Under the pieces are notes generated by a model. It was not told the DNA's origin, made no database searches, and worked only from the letters and a program-made list of their open reading frames with translations. This document shows positions 16,687 to 26,321 of a stretch of 37,899 bases of DNA, in pieces (the first letter of the stretch is position 1; each line of letters opens with the position of its first letter). The stretch is from a virus (taxonomy: Duplodnaviria > Caudoviricetes): IMG/VR virus record IMGVR_UViG_3300005259_000075, positions 1 through 37,899 of that record; one strand, given 5' to 3'. The translations under genes were made by a program, and so were the position numbers.

Positions 16687-17404
16687 TCCGTTGAGTGACG
16701 AGCAGATTGTATCCATGCTCAAAAGTAAGGCGTTCGGGACCGGCTGCCGGTTGCGCAATCAAGCGATGTTTCTTGCTCAACTGGCGTTCGGCGTCAGGAT
16801 CGCGGAACTGTTGCGACTGCTGCGCGGCGAGGTGCTGGACCGCAACGGGGAACTGCGCGAACGAGTGACGTTTACCAAAACCAAAAACGGGAGATCGCGC
16901 ACGGTTGATTTTGTCCATCGGCTGGGGCGCGAATACATGTTGCGCTGGCTGCAATACTCCGAGCGGTTCGGTTACATGCTGGATATCAACCACGTGTTTC
17001 CGGGGCGGGTGATGGGTAAAAGTTTGAGCTCTCGGCAGTTTAACAACGTGCTTTACGCTGCCGCCGCCGAGATCGGTTTTACTGGTTGGTGCAGTTCGCA
17101 CAGTTGCCGCAAGACCTGGGCGATTGGCACATATCAACACTACCTGAAACGTTACCGAATGGGCGAGAATATCGACCCGCTTTTGCAGTTGAAAGAGGCG
17201 GGCGGATGGGAGACGATGGACGCGGCCAGCAAATATATCCGGTCGATGCTGGTGGATTGGCGCGAGAGTCAGGCGAGTTTATATCCGGGATTGGAAACAG
17301 CGATGGGTGAAACGGATTTTGAGGAGGAAAACGAGAAAAATAAAACTTCCGAAAATTGTAAAAGCGGAAATCGGGAGTATTTCAGCGTAAAAGATTACGC
17401 GTAA
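16673..17404 (+). CDS. Second tyrosine recombinase, catalytic domain only
   Basis: AAGGAGG SD; RNQAMF...GVRIAELL, KTKNG, HSCRKTWA, GGW...KYI. Confidence 0.88.
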   Translation: MPARDPLSDEQIVSMLKSKAFGTGCRLRNQAMFLAQLAFGVRIAELLRLLRGEVLDRNGELRERVTFTKTKNGRSRTVDFVHRLGREYMLRWLQYSERFGYMLDINHVFPGRVMGKSLSSRQFNNVLYAAAAEIGFTGWCSSHSCRKTWAIGTYQHYLKRYRMGENIDPLLQLKEAGGWETMDAASKYIRSMLVDWRESQASLYPGLETAMGETDFEEENEKNKTSENCKSGNREYFSVKDYA

Positions 17405-17432
17405 ATAACGTTTGTTATCGCACAAATCAAAG

Positions 17433-17460
17433 TTGCCATTTTTAAAATAGTGTTTATAAT
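17433..17460 (+). promoter_or_regulatory. Conserved late-module promoter, copy 1
   Basis: TTGCCA-TTTTTAAAATAGTGTT-TATAAT. Confidence 0.75.
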
Positions 17461-17470
17461 CTGCCGCATC

Positions 17471-17857
17471 ATGAAAATAATCAGACAACCCAAGAACTCA
17501 AAAAAGACACGCGGTCCGGCCAAGAAGCGGACGCGGAAAGTCATCACCATCGACAACGCCCGCGTCTATTTCGCGGATGAGATCGCGGAGATGTTGGGTT
17601 GTTCCGAACAGATGATCAGACACTACATCACCAGCGGCGAGTTAATCGGTCGCAAGGTGGCAAATTCTTATTGCATCCTCGGCGAGTCGGCCCGCGCCTT
17701 TATCACGCGGACGGCACTGGTCGGCGTCAGCATGGCACCGACCCCGCCGCCAGCGTCAGACCGCGCTTCTATCGCGTTGCCCACCGCCAAGCCGCCGCCC
17801 GTCCCGATGGTGTCGGAAAATGCGACCGGGGGCGGGAAAGTGGGTGGGGCGGGGTGA
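17471..17857 (+). CDS. HTH_17/MerR-like DNA-binding protein
   Basis: YFADEIAEMLGCSEQMIRHYITSGELIGRKVANSYCI; basic N-terminus and Pro-rich tail. Confidence 0.75.
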   Translation: MKIIRQPKNSKKTRGPAKKRTRKVITIDNARVYFADEIAEMLGCSEQMIRHYITSGELIGRKVANSYCILGESARAFITRTALVGVSMAPTPPPASDRASIALPTAKPPPVPMVSENATGGGKVGGAG

Positions 17858-17939
17858 GTCTCAAAAACGTTTTCACTCACGACCGTATTGCAATCCTCTC
17901 TCTTATATTTTGCCCGAAATGAATAAACCCAGGTCTCAC

Positions 17940-18410
17940 ATGACAAAAGGCCGCAAAAAGACCCCCACCGCGATCCTGGAACGACGCGGCAGCAACAAAG
18001 TGCGCTATCGTGCGCCGGAACCGCAGGCGGTAATCGGACAGATCATCGCGCCGAAGAACCTGGACGACCTGGAAAGCCAGGTATTTGATTACTATGCGGG
18101 GATATTGACGCAGATGGGCGTTGCCTCGACCGGCGACTCGATGGCGATTGAACTGCTGGCTAGAACATATGCAGAATACTATCGTTTGGATGAGTTCATT
18201 AAGCGGAACGGGCGGACCGTGTCGGGCATGACCGAGGACGGCAAACCGTATGAGTACACCAGACCTGAGGTAAAAATGATGAACGATGCGCGGAATTTTC
18301 TGGCGAAACTTTTGCCGCAGCTGGGATTGACCCCGGCCAGCCGTCCCAATATCCACCCGGCGGATAGCGGAACGAAAAAAGTTGAAATGCCGATGAAGAA
18401 ACTTACTTGA
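17940..18410 (+). CDS. terS: Terminase small subunit, P27 family
   Basis: GRKKTPTAILERRG N-terminus; APKNLDD; LGLTPASR. Confidence 0.9.
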   Translation: MTKGRKKTPTAILERRGSNKVRYRAPEPQAVIGQIIAPKNLDDLESQVFDYYAGILTQMGVASTGDSMAIELLARTYAEYYRLDEFIKRNGRTVSGMTEDGKPYEYTRPEVKMMNDARNFLAKLLPQLGLTPASRPNIHPADSGTKKVEMPMKKLT

Positions 18411-18426
18411 TATTGAGGTTATTATT

Positions 18427-18804
18427 ATGGAGCGCAAAGTTTTTCGATATCATCGCCAGGCGGCGCAAAAACAATACGTGCCGCCGGAACTTTTAACTAA
18501 GCCGGAGGTCAAGGAAACGGCGCAATATCAGCGAGCGTCTAAACTGCGGTCATCCGACGCCTGGAAGAAACTGCGGGCGGCGGTCTTGAGTCGTTACCCG
18601 GTCTGTTGCGCCTGCGGCAGCGCGGCAGCGGTCGAGGTCCATCATCGACAACCCGCCTCCCGCCGCCCGGAGCTATTTTACACTCCCGCGAATCTCGCCC
18701 CCCTGTGCTCCGAATGCCATAACGCGATCCATTCCGCCGAGGCGCGGCGCATTTCCGCCGATCTGTTTATTCCCGCCGGTTTTATCGTGGAGATTACGCG
18801 CTGA
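18427..18804 (+). CDS. HNH endonuclease (packaging-associated)
   Basis: WKKLRAAVLSRYPVCCAC...EVHH...NLAPLCSECHNAIH. Confidence 0.92.
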   Translation: MERKVFRYHRQAAQKQYVPPELLTKPEVKETAQYQRASKLRSSDAWKKLRAAVLSRYPVCCACGSAAAVEVHHRQPASRRPELFYTPANLAPLCSECHNAIHSAEARRISADLFIPAGFIVEITR

Positions 18805-19772
18805 TGGTGAAGATTCCAAAAAAATGGTATGAACCTGTTGCCGGATTTGACCCCTGGGCGTGTCCCGGCGATGCTAAATTCGACCTTAATGTTGCCCGGC
18901 AAGTGACCGCCTTTTTTCCTGAGTACCTGACTTTTTACAAAGGTGAGTGGGACGGCAAACCATTTGAGCTTGAACCGTGGCAAGAGCTGCTGATCGGCCA
19001 TCTTTTCGCCTGGAAAAACCCGGACGGCACCCGCCGTTTTCGCGAAATTTTTTTGTATGTCCCGCGCAAAAACGGCAAAACCCAACTCGAAGCCGGGATC
19101 ATGATTATCTGTTGCTATTTCGACGGCGAAGCGGTCCCCGAAGGTTATTTGTTGGCGACCGACCGCAACCAGGCCTCTATTGCTTATGATTTTCTGAAAG
19201 CCTCCATCGACCGCAACGACTATCTGAGCCGGATTTCCACCGCGCATAACTCGCTGAAATCCATCGAAATCGACGGTAATTCCGGCGTTATCCGCATCCT
19301 GTCCGGCGAAAACAAGGGCAAACATGGTTACATGCCGCATTGTTACGGTATCGACGAATTGCACGAACAGACCAACCCCTATTTGATTGATGCCATGGAA
19401 ACGGGCGTAGGGCCGCGCAAATCGCCGCTTGGTATCTACACGTCAACCGCCGACGAATTCGGCGACGAGCGCCCTTGCAACGTAAAATTAGCCTATGCCA
19501 AAAATGTTCGCGACGGCGTTGTCCTCGATCCGACTTTTTTCCCGGCCGTCTGGGAGACGATCGAAGATAAAGACGATTGGACCAGCCCGGACACCTGGCG
19601 CAAGGCCAACCCCAATTTTTTTATCAACGGTTTGCAGTTTTATCAAAGCCAATATCTCAAGGCGTCCGTCGATCCGGTCAAAGAGATCGCGTTTAAACGT
19701 TTTTACCTCAATATGCAGACCAAAAAACAAGCCAAATGGCTGGATATGACCCATTGGAAGGCGTGTAAATGA
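18804..19772 (+). CDS. terL: Terminase large subunit, ATPase part
   Basis: LEPWQ Q-motif, Walker A VPRKNGKT, Walker B GIDELH, WRKANP. Confidence 0.92.
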   Translation: MVKIPKKWYEPVAGFDPWACPGDAKFDLNVARQVTAFFPEYLTFYKGEWDGKPFELEPWQELLIGHLFAWKNPDGTRRFREIFLYVPRKNGKTQLEAGIMIICCYFDGEAVPEGYLLATDRNQASIAYDFLKASIDRNDYLSRISTAHNSLKSIEIDGNSGVIRILSGENKGKHGYMPHCYGIDELHEQTNPYLIDAMETGVGPRKSPLGIYTSTADEFGDERPCNVKLAYAKNVRDGVVLDPTFFPAVWETIEDKDDWTSPDTWRKANPNFFINGLQFYQSQYLKASVDPVKEIAFKRFYLNMQTKKQAKWLDMTHWKACK

Positions 19773-20524
19773 GCACAAACGATGCAAAAAACAGCGAAAC
19801 TTCCCCCATAATCGCCGCCCCCCGGCCCATTGTGACGCCGGAAATGTTGCTCGGACAGCGCTGTTTCGGCGGCCTCGACCTCTCCAGCGTCGGCGATATC
19901 ACCGCGTTCGACCTCTATTTTCCCGATTTTTACGCCCTTTTGTGCTGGTTTTGGGTGCCCCAGGAGACCGCCGCCCGCCGCAAGGAATACCAGATATGGG
20001 AAAAACAGGGACATATCGAGATTTCCCAGGGCCGCACGATTGATTATGACCACATCCGGCGGCGGATTTCCGGCTGGTATCTCGATTCCGGCGTTGTCAA
20101 ACATGACCCCGCTTGCCTCAGCGATCTGTACGACATCAAGGCTATCGGTTATGACCCCTATAACGCCCCGCAAATCTGCCCCAAACTGGCCGACGACGAC
20201 GGCCTCAATATGATCGAGTTCCGGCAGGGCTTTCTGTCGATGAACGCCGCCTCGAAAGAGTTCGAGCGCCTGGTCAACGCGGAACTGCTGCACCACTTTA
20301 ATAATCCTGTCCTTACCTGGATGGCGGCAAACTGCGAGGTGGTGGAAAAGGACGGCAACAAAAAACCGGTCAAGCCTTCCGCTACATCCCCACTCAAAAT
20401 TGACGGTATCGTCTGCGCTGTGATGGCGGTCGGCCTCAGCATGACGCAGCCCGGCGACGATGCCAAATCCGGCAGCCTAAACCGCCCGGAAATTCGCAGC
20501 GTTATTGATGAGTTTTATTCGTAA
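19769..20524 (+). CDS. terL: Terminase large subunit, nuclease part (separate ORF)
   Basis: GGLDLSSVGDITA, IGYDPYNA, EFRQG, NPVLTW, KIDG. Confidence 0.9.
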   Translation: MSTNDAKNSETSPIIAAPRPIVTPEMLLGQRCFGGLDLSSVGDITAFDLYFPDFYALLCWFWVPQETAARRKEYQIWEKQGHIEISQGRTIDYDHIRRRISGWYLDSGVVKHDPACLSDLYDIKAIGYDPYNAPQICPKLADDDGLNMIEFRQGFLSMNAASKEFERLVNAELLHHFNNPVLTWMAANCEVVEKDGNKKPVKPSATSPLKIDGIVCAVMAVGLSMTQPGDDAKSGSLNRPEIRSVIDEFYS

Positions 20525-20531
20525 TTCCTCC

Positions 20532-20567
20532 TTGTGGTCGTCGGCAAAAATCAACCGACGACCACAA
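20532..20567. other. 13-bp perfect inverted repeat between terminase and portal
   Basis: TTGTGGTCGTCGG-10 nt-CCGACGACCACAA; no immediate U tail on the plus strand. Confidence 0.7.
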
Positions 20568-20610
20568 AAAAATACTTGCCGATTTTTTTTCTGATCCCCT
20601 CTGAAATCTT

Positions 20611-20638
20611 TTGCCATTTTTTATATAGTGTTTACTTT
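20611..20638 (+). promoter_or_regulatory. Conserved late-module promoter, copy 2
   Basis: TTGCCA-TTTTTTATATAGTGTT-TACTTT. Confidence 0.7.
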
Positions 20639-20665
20639 TGCGCCAACAAGACCAAAAGGTGGACA

Positions 20666-21898
20666 ATGTTCGACTGGTTTAAACGGCGTAATAATCAAAT
20701 GCGCGAAATCTCCCTGACTTCTGCGGAAGGCTGGTCGGAGTTTTTTGGCGGTCTGGAAACCTTGTCCGGCGTCGCCGTCAATGCGGAAACCGCCGCGCGT
20801 TTTTCAACTGTGTTTTCCTGCGTTCGTATTTTGTCCGATGCCGTCGCAATGCTGCCTTGCAAGATTTATCGCTACAAAGACGATATGACGCTCCCGGCGG
20901 TTGATCTGCCGCTGTACAATCTACTGCTCCGCAAACCCAATAGCTGGATGACTAGCTTTGATTTCTGGAAATTCTGCGTTACGGATATGTTGCTGCGCGG
21001 TGCTTTTCTGGCGCACGTTGTCGGCTTTGGCAAATACCAGCAACTTATCCCGGTGCCCTTTGCCTGTGTTTCAAAGATTGCCCGCAACCCCAATGATGGC
21101 AAGCTTTATTTTACCTACAATGCCATGTATGAAGGAAGTTACGGCACTATTACCATTGCCGCCCCGGAGGCTTTTTATTGTTACTACGCTTCTACCGATA
21201 CCGTCAACCCGCTTTCTCCTATCGCCTATAATCGCGAGACTATTGGCCGGGCCATGGCGGCGGAACAGCACGGCGCTAATTTGTTCCGCAATGATGCCAC
21301 CCCGCCGTTTGTGCTTAAATTGCCGGAAAAGATCACCCCGGAAGGGCTTAAGACCATGCTAAAAACGTGGATGGAAACCGGCTCCGGGCGCAATTACGGC
21401 AAGCCCCGCATTCTTGAAGCCGGTTGCGGTCTGGAAAAAGTGCAGATGTCCAATCAGGATGCCCAATATCTGGAGTCGCGCAAGTTCGAGATGGAGGGGA
21501 TTTGTGGTATTTTCGGCGTTCCGCCCCGTATGGTCGGCAACGCCAGCCAGGCAAAAGGATGGAGCACCCAGGAGCAGGAGATGGCCGAGTTTGTCAAGCT
21601 GTCCCTTAACCCGTACATCATTCGCATCGAACGCTCTGCCGACGCCTGGCTGCTGTCTGATTCTGCCGCCTTCTGCAAATTTACCGTTAACGCTCTGCTG
21701 CGCGGCGATATCAAAACGCAGACCGAGCACTGTAACGCTTTTCTTGATCGCGGCGTTTACAATCCGAATGAAGTCCGCACCCTGTTTGATCTTAACCCGC
21801 GCCCCGGCGGCGACGAATACCGCGTTGCGCTGAATACCACCGCCTCCGGCGCGGATAAATCACCCACCGAAAACAAAGGAGATAACGCCAATGCCTGA
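20666..21898 (+). CDS. Portal protein, HK97 family
   Basis: VFSCVRILSDAVAMLP, LLLRKPN, DAQYLESRKF...ICGIFGVPP, LLRGD, NEVR. Confidence 0.95.
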   Translation: MFDWFKRRNNQMREISLTSAEGWSEFFGGLETLSGVAVNAETAARFSTVFSCVRILSDAVAMLPCKIYRYKDDMTLPAVDLPLYNLLLRKPNSWMTSFDFWKFCVTDMLLRGAFLAHVVGFGKYQQLIPVPFACVSKIARNPNDGKLYFTYNAMYEGSYGTITIAAPEAFYCYYASTDTVNPLSPIAYNRETIGRAMAAEQHGANLFRNDATPPFVLKLPEKITPEGLKTMLKTWMETGSGRNYGKPRILEAGCGLEKVQMSNQDAQYLESRKFEMEGICGIFGVPPRMVGNASQAKGWSTQEQEMAEFVKLSLNPYIIRIERSADAWLLSDSAAFCKFTVNALLRGDIKTQTEHCNAFLDRGVYNPNEVRTLFDLNPRPGGDEYRVALNTTASGADKSPTENKGDNANA

Positions 21899-22652
21899 TA
21901 CTAAAACCGTGAAAATGCTGCGCCGCGCCATGTGTACGCCGCGCCCGTGGTTCAAGGTTAATTCTGCCTTGGATAAAAACACCGATGATGAGGCGGCTGA
22001 TGTTTATATTTATGACGTGATCGGCGCTGACTTCTGGGGCGACGCCTTGAGCGCCAAAGCCTTTATTGCCGATGTCCGCCGGATCGACAATAAAAAAATC
22101 AATCTGCATATCAATTCGCCCGGCGGTTCGGTTTATGACGGCTTCGCTATTTATCACTTTCTCGCGTCGCTTAAGGATATGACGATTACCGCCTACATTG
22201 ACGGCATTGCCGCCAGTATTGCCTCGGTTATTGCCATGGCTGCGGATAAAATTATCATCCCCGAAGCCGCCACCATGATGATTCATGATCCCTGGGGCAT
22301 TGTCATGGGCAACGCCGCCGATCTGCGCAAGGAGGCCGAGGTTTTGGACGGCATGGCCGCGCAGATTGCCGGTATCTATGTCGCCCGCACCGGACAGGAT
22401 GAAAACCAGGTAAAGAAATGGATGGCGGAGGAAACTTATTTTGTCGGCAATGACGCCGTTGCCAACGGTTTTGCCGAGGAACTGGTGGCGAATAAACAAC
22501 TGGCTGCCTGTGCGTTTAATCTGAACCTGTTGCCCGGCTTGCCGCCAGCCACGTCCGGGGCGCTGAATCAATTCCCCGCGCCGATCAATATGGATAACGT
22601 CGGCATTGCCGCCGCCTTGCGTAATAATATCAATTTTTTGCAGACTGCATAA
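21891..22652 (+). CDS. ClpP-type head maturation protease
   Basis: INSPGGSV, DGIAASIASVI, MMIHDP, MAEETYF. Confidence 0.93.
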   Translation: MPDTKTVKMLRRAMCTPRPWFKVNSALDKNTDDEAADVYIYDVIGADFWGDALSAKAFIADVRRIDNKKINLHINSPGGSVYDGFAIYHFLASLKDMTITAYIDGIAASIASVIAMAADKIIIPEAATMMIHDPWGIVMGNAADLRKEAEVLDGMAAQIAGIYVARTGQDENQVKKWMAEETYFVGNDAVANGFAEELVANKQLAACAFNLNLLPGLPPATSGALNQFPAPINMDNVGIAAALRNNINFLQTA

Positions 22653-22674
22653 CCCAACAAAAGGAGATTGTATT

Positions 22675-23928
22675 ATGCCGGATGATATCAAAGACCTCAT
22701 CGTCAAACAGGGCGAAGCCTTCAGCGAATTTAAGGACGCCCAGACCAAACGCCTTGACACCTTGGAAAAAAAGCTTGGCGATGCCGCCGAGGCCACCGAA
22801 AAGGCCACCAAGGCGCTCGAAGCTTACGACCAGTTCAAGGATCGCCTCGATGAAATCGCCACCAACCAACAGAAAGCCCAGGCCTTGGCCGTGCTGGGCA
22901 ATGGCATGACCGCCGCCGACCATAAGATCGAACAGGCCTTTGCCAAGTTCGCCCGGACCGGCAAGGCCAGCGATTACCAGGAAATTGCCGCTCAGAATTC
23001 CATGCAGGTCAAGAACGACCCTGATGGCGGTTTTACCGTGCCGGAAAGCACCGCCAAGCGCATTATTACCGCTTCAATGGGCTCTAATCCGATGCGCAAG
23101 CTGGCGCGCCAGGAAACTATCACCCTTGGCGATAATTATACGTATATTGTCGATGCCGACGATCTGTCCACCGAGGAGCACGGCGAAGGTTTTGCCGCCG
23201 CCGACACCGATACCCCGAAAATCCTGCTCGGAAAAATCGAACTCCACAAAATGGATGCGGAACCGAAAGTTTCCATTACTCTGCTGGAAGATTCCGGCTG
23301 GGATATCGCCGCCTATCTCGAAAACAAGGCGGTGCGCCGGTTTACCAAACAGGAGAACTCCTGGTTCACCAGCGGCAACGGTTCTAAGCAGGCACGCGGC
23401 CTCTGCACTTACGGCGTCATCGACAACGATGCGTTTGAAGCCAATGTCTGCGGTAAGTGGGGCAGCTTCGGCGGTGTGGTCAGCGGCAATGCCGGTTTGA
23501 TTCCGAACGCCGATTGTCTGTTGACTCTGATCGACGCGCTCCAGGCGGACTATCTGCCGAACGCCGCGTTTCAGACCTCCCGCAAGGCGTTTACCGCGAT
23601 CCGCCTGCTCAAGGCGACCAAATCCCTCGCGGGCGACCAGCTCTATCAGCTCTGGCAGCCGTCGCTGCAACCCGGCCAGCCTGACCAGTTGTTCGGTTAT
23701 CCGGTCTACAAAAACGACGCGTTCGACTCCGTTGCCGCCGGTAAGATTCCGGTTGCCTTCGGCGATTTCGCAGAAACCTATACCATCGTCGACAAGCTTG
23801 GTATGACCGCCCTGCGCAATCCGTACAAATCCAACGCGTTTATCTACTTCTATTTCCGCCGTCGCACCGGCGGCGACGTGGTAAACTTCGAGTCCTGCAA
23901 GTTCTTGAAGATTGCCGCCAATTTCTAA
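22675..23928 (+). CDS. Major capsid protein, HK97 family
   Basis: Coiled-coil delta domain, DGGFTVPE, LLEDS, GNGSKQARG, AFGDF, RRTGG. Confidence 0.95.
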   Translation: MPDDIKDLIVKQGEAFSEFKDAQTKRLDTLEKKLGDAAEATEKATKALEAYDQFKDRLDEIATNQQKAQALAVLGNGMTAADHKIEQAFAKFARTGKASDYQEIAAQNSMQVKNDPDGGFTVPESTAKRIITASMGSNPMRKLARQETITLGDNYTYIVDADDLSTEEHGEGFAAADTDTPKILLGKIELHKMDAEPKVSITLLEDSGWDIAAYLENKAVRRFTKQENSWFTSGNGSKQARGLCTYGVIDNDAFEANVCGKWGSFGGVVSGNAGLIPNADCLLTLIDALQADYLPNAAFQTSRKAFTAIRLLKATKSLAGDQLYQLWQPSLQPGQPDQLFGYPVYKNDAFDSVAAGKIPVAFGDFAETYTIVDKLGMTALRNPYKSNAFIYFYFRRRTGGDVVNFESCKFLKIAANF

Positions 23929-23936
23929 ACTCAACC

Positions 23937-23956
23937 GCCCGGCGGCAACGCCGGGC
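23937..23956 (+). other. GNRA hairpin after the capsid gene (stabiliser or partial terminator)
   Basis: GCCCGGCG-GCAA-CGCCGGGC. Confidence 0.6.
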
Positions 23957-23973
23957 CATAAAGGAATATCATC

Positions 23974-24396
23974 ATGAAAGATATGGTTCATTCGCTTGAT
24001 CTGAAAGATACCATCCTGCCGCAGGTTGCCAAAGCGTCGATCAATGGCGCGGCGGTTGATCTCCAGGGCGCGGACAAGGCCGCCCTGATCGTGGCGGTCG
24101 GCGCTTCCGGCGACACGCTTTCCGACACCGTCAAGCTGGCGGTTGCCATCCAGGAGTCGGATGACGGCACCACGTTTACCGCCGCTCCGGCGGAAGCGAT
24201 CCAGAACGCCACCCCGGACAGTGACAACAATGTGCTTGTTATTGCCGCCGCCGCTGCTGCCTCCCAGTCCTATCGCTTCGGCTACGTCGGCGAAAAGCGC
24301 TATATCCGCGCCGTGCTGACCGCCACCGGCACCCATACCAATGGTATGCCGGTTGCCGCCGTCGTGGTTCGCGCTCCGCTGCTGCGCGGCCTGTAA
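23974..24396 (+). CDS. Probable capsid decoration / head protein
   Basis: Directly after the capsid gene; IQESDDG...GYVGEKRYIR beta-rich pattern. Confidence 0.65.
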   Translation: MKDMVHSLDLKDTILPQVAKASINGAAVDLQGADKAALIVAVGASGDTLSDTVKLAVAIQESDDGTTFTAAPAEAIQNATPDSDNNVLVIAAAAAASQSYRFGYVGEKRYIRAVLTATGTHTNGMPVAAVVVRAPLLRGL

Positions 24397-24410
24397 AAAA
24401 TCGCGCCTCA

Positions 24411-24458
24411 CCGGGCGGCGGGTCTCCGCCTCTCTCCCGCCGCCCGGCCTTAACTTTA
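24411..24458 (+). terminator. Probable terminator after the head genes
   Basis: CCGGGCGGCGGG/CCCGCCGCCCGG 12-bp stem with a weak T-rich tail. Confidence 0.55.
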
Positions 24459-24471
24459 ATCGGATACCAGT

Positions 24472-25053
24472 ATGGAATATATCGGATACAACATTACGGA
24501 TGACGCCGCCGCCGAACCGGTCACGCTTTCCGCGCTCAAGGATTATCTGAAAATCGTTGATGACGATACGCAGGATAATCTGCTGAACGCTCTTTTGTCC
24601 GCCGCCCGCGAGGCTGTGGAAAAATATTCCGGCATTTGGCTCAAGCAGCGCACTGTAACGGCCACCTTACCGCTGCCGGGATATCATCAGCGGTGTAATT
24701 CCATGGGCGGGCTGGAATTGCCGTTTCCGCCTGTTTTATCCGTATCCGCCGTGACTTGCCGCCGGGTATCCGGCAATGTTGCCCTTGATTCGAGCGAATA
24801 TGAAGTTGAATTGACCGCTAAACCTTGGGCATTACTGCGCCCCGCCCCAGGCTGCGCCTGGCCGGATTGCATTGCGCTCGATGTGAATATGATCGCCGGT
24901 TATGCCGCCGGAACCGCACCGCAGGCGGCGCAGCTGGTAATCATGATGCTGGTTGCGGAAATCTTGAAAAATCCCGAAATTACCGCCGACCGCGCGGCGG
25001 AAATGCCGAATTTTAAATTTTTATTCAATTCGTTTGCCATAAGGAGCTTTTAA
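24472..25053 (+). CDS. Head-tail connector (gp6-like)
   Basis: EPVTLSALKDYLKI...LLSAAREAVEKY. Confidence 0.88.
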   Translation: MEYIGYNITDDAAAEPVTLSALKDYLKIVDDDTQDNLLNALLSAAREAVEKYSGIWLKQRTVTATLPLPGYHQRCNSMGGLELPFPPVLSVSAVTCRRVSGNVALDSSEYEVELTAKPWALLRPAPGCAWPDCIALDVNMIAGYAAGTAPQAAQLVIMMLVAEILKNPEITADRAAEMPNFKFLFNSFAIRSF

Positions 25054-25054
25054 A

Positions 25055-25381
25055 ATGTCCGTCAGCGCCGGAGAACTTCGCCACCTGATCACCATCGAAC
25101 AGCCGACCACGGAAATCCGCCCGGACGGCAGCGCGGTCGTCACCTGGTCCGCGCTGGCCCGGCGCTATGCGTCGATTACTCCGGTCGGCGGCGAGGAACG
25201 CTATCAGGCGGCCACGGTCAAAGCCTCCCTGACCCACCATGTCAAAATTCGCCGCCTCGACGGCCTAACCTCGAAAATGCGCATCCGCTACGGCTCCCGT
25301 CTCTTTTATCTGACCTGCCCGCCGCTGGAAGATCCATCCCTGCGCCTTGACATGATCTTAAAAGTATGTGAGGAGGTATAA
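25055..25381 (+). CDS. Head closure / head-tail adaptor
   Basis: AGELRHLITIEQP...KIRR...MRI. Confidence 0.88.
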   Translation: MSVSAGELRHLITIEQPTTEIRPDGSAVVTWSALARRYASITPVGGEERYQAATVKASLTHHVKIRRLDGLTSKMRIRYGSRLFYLTCPPLEDPSLRLDMILKVCEEV

Positions 25382-25383
25382 CC

Positions 25384-25884
25384 ATGGCAACGCTTAACCA
25401 GACTATTTCCCTGGCGGGCGATCAGGATTTGATTAAGGTTCTGCGTCAGCTCAAGGGCGGCGCGGTACGCGCCATTATGCGCCCGGCGATCCGCCGGGGC
25501 GTTAAAATGATTGCCGCCGAAGCCAAAAAGAACGCTCAGGCCCAATTTAAAAACAGCGATCTGGCTGACATTATCGACTACAAGGCCTATAAATCCCGGC
25601 GCGGCGCGGGCGTGATCGGCAAGGTCTTTTGCAGCGATAAAAAATGCAAGGACAAAACCATTCAGCTGCAGGGCCGCACCGTGCCGCTCTCCGCCGCCGC
25701 CAATATCCAGGAGTTCGGACGCCACAAGGGCGACCTGAAACCTCATCCCTTTATGCGCCCCGCCGTCGCCTCCAAAACCTCCGCCGCCATGGACGCGGTC
25801 AAAACCGAAGCCGCCGCCGCGCTGGAACGGCTGCGCAATAAACTGCATCAGTCCGGCAAAAATCTCGGCGGGGTGATGAAATGA
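25384..25884 (+). CDS. HK97 gp10-like neck protein
   Basis: EFG...PHPFMRPA. Confidence 0.85.
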   Translation: MATLNQTISLAGDQDLIKVLRQLKGGAVRAIMRPAIRRGVKMIAAEAKKNAQAQFKNSDLADIIDYKAYKSRRGAGVIGKVFCSDKKCKDKTIQLQGRTVPLSAAANIQEFGRHKGDLKPHPFMRPAVASKTSAAMDAVKTEAAAALERLRNKLHQSGKNLGGVMK

Positions 25885-26309
25885 CTACGGTTTCGTTTGC
25901 CGCCGCCCTGCGCTCATATCTGCTGGCCGATGCCGATCTTAAAACGGCGTCCGGCGACCGGATATATCCCGATTCCGCCCCGGCGGGAACCCAAACGCCG
26001 CACGTGATCATGACGCAACTGTCCGCCGTGCCCGATTTCGGTCTGGATGACGCCGACGAAATTGCCGAGGAATGGCAACTCGATGTCTATGCGCTCGACT
26101 ATACCGCCGCCGAACAGCTTAAAACTTTGCTTTGTCGCCGCCTGCGGGCGGTGAATCTGGACACCTGGTCCGGCTGGCCGGTATCGTCCTGTCGCCAGTC
26201 CAACGTGATCCAGAGCACGGAGCCGACTGCGAACGGACAGGAGCGCGTCTGGACCCGGTTTATGTGCCAGTTTTCCATTATCCATAATATCGACGCAACC
26301 GAAACCTAA
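25881..26309 (+). CDS. Tail completion/terminator protein (DUF3168-like)
   Basis: RIYPDSAP...WQLDVYA; position in the tail module. Confidence 0.8.
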   Translation: MTTVSFAAALRSYLLADADLKTASGDRIYPDSAPAGTQTPHVIMTQLSAVPDFGLDDADEIAEEWQLDVYALDYTAAEQLKTLLCRRLRAVNLDTWSGWPVSSCRQSNVIQSTEPTANGQERVWTRFMCQFSIIHNIDATET

Positions 26310-26321
26310 GGAGATTGCACC

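Noticed and set aside
20519-20533. Minus-strand AAGGAGG SD suggesting an antisense gene
   Set aside because: Followed by ACG rather than ATG, with a stop within seven codons
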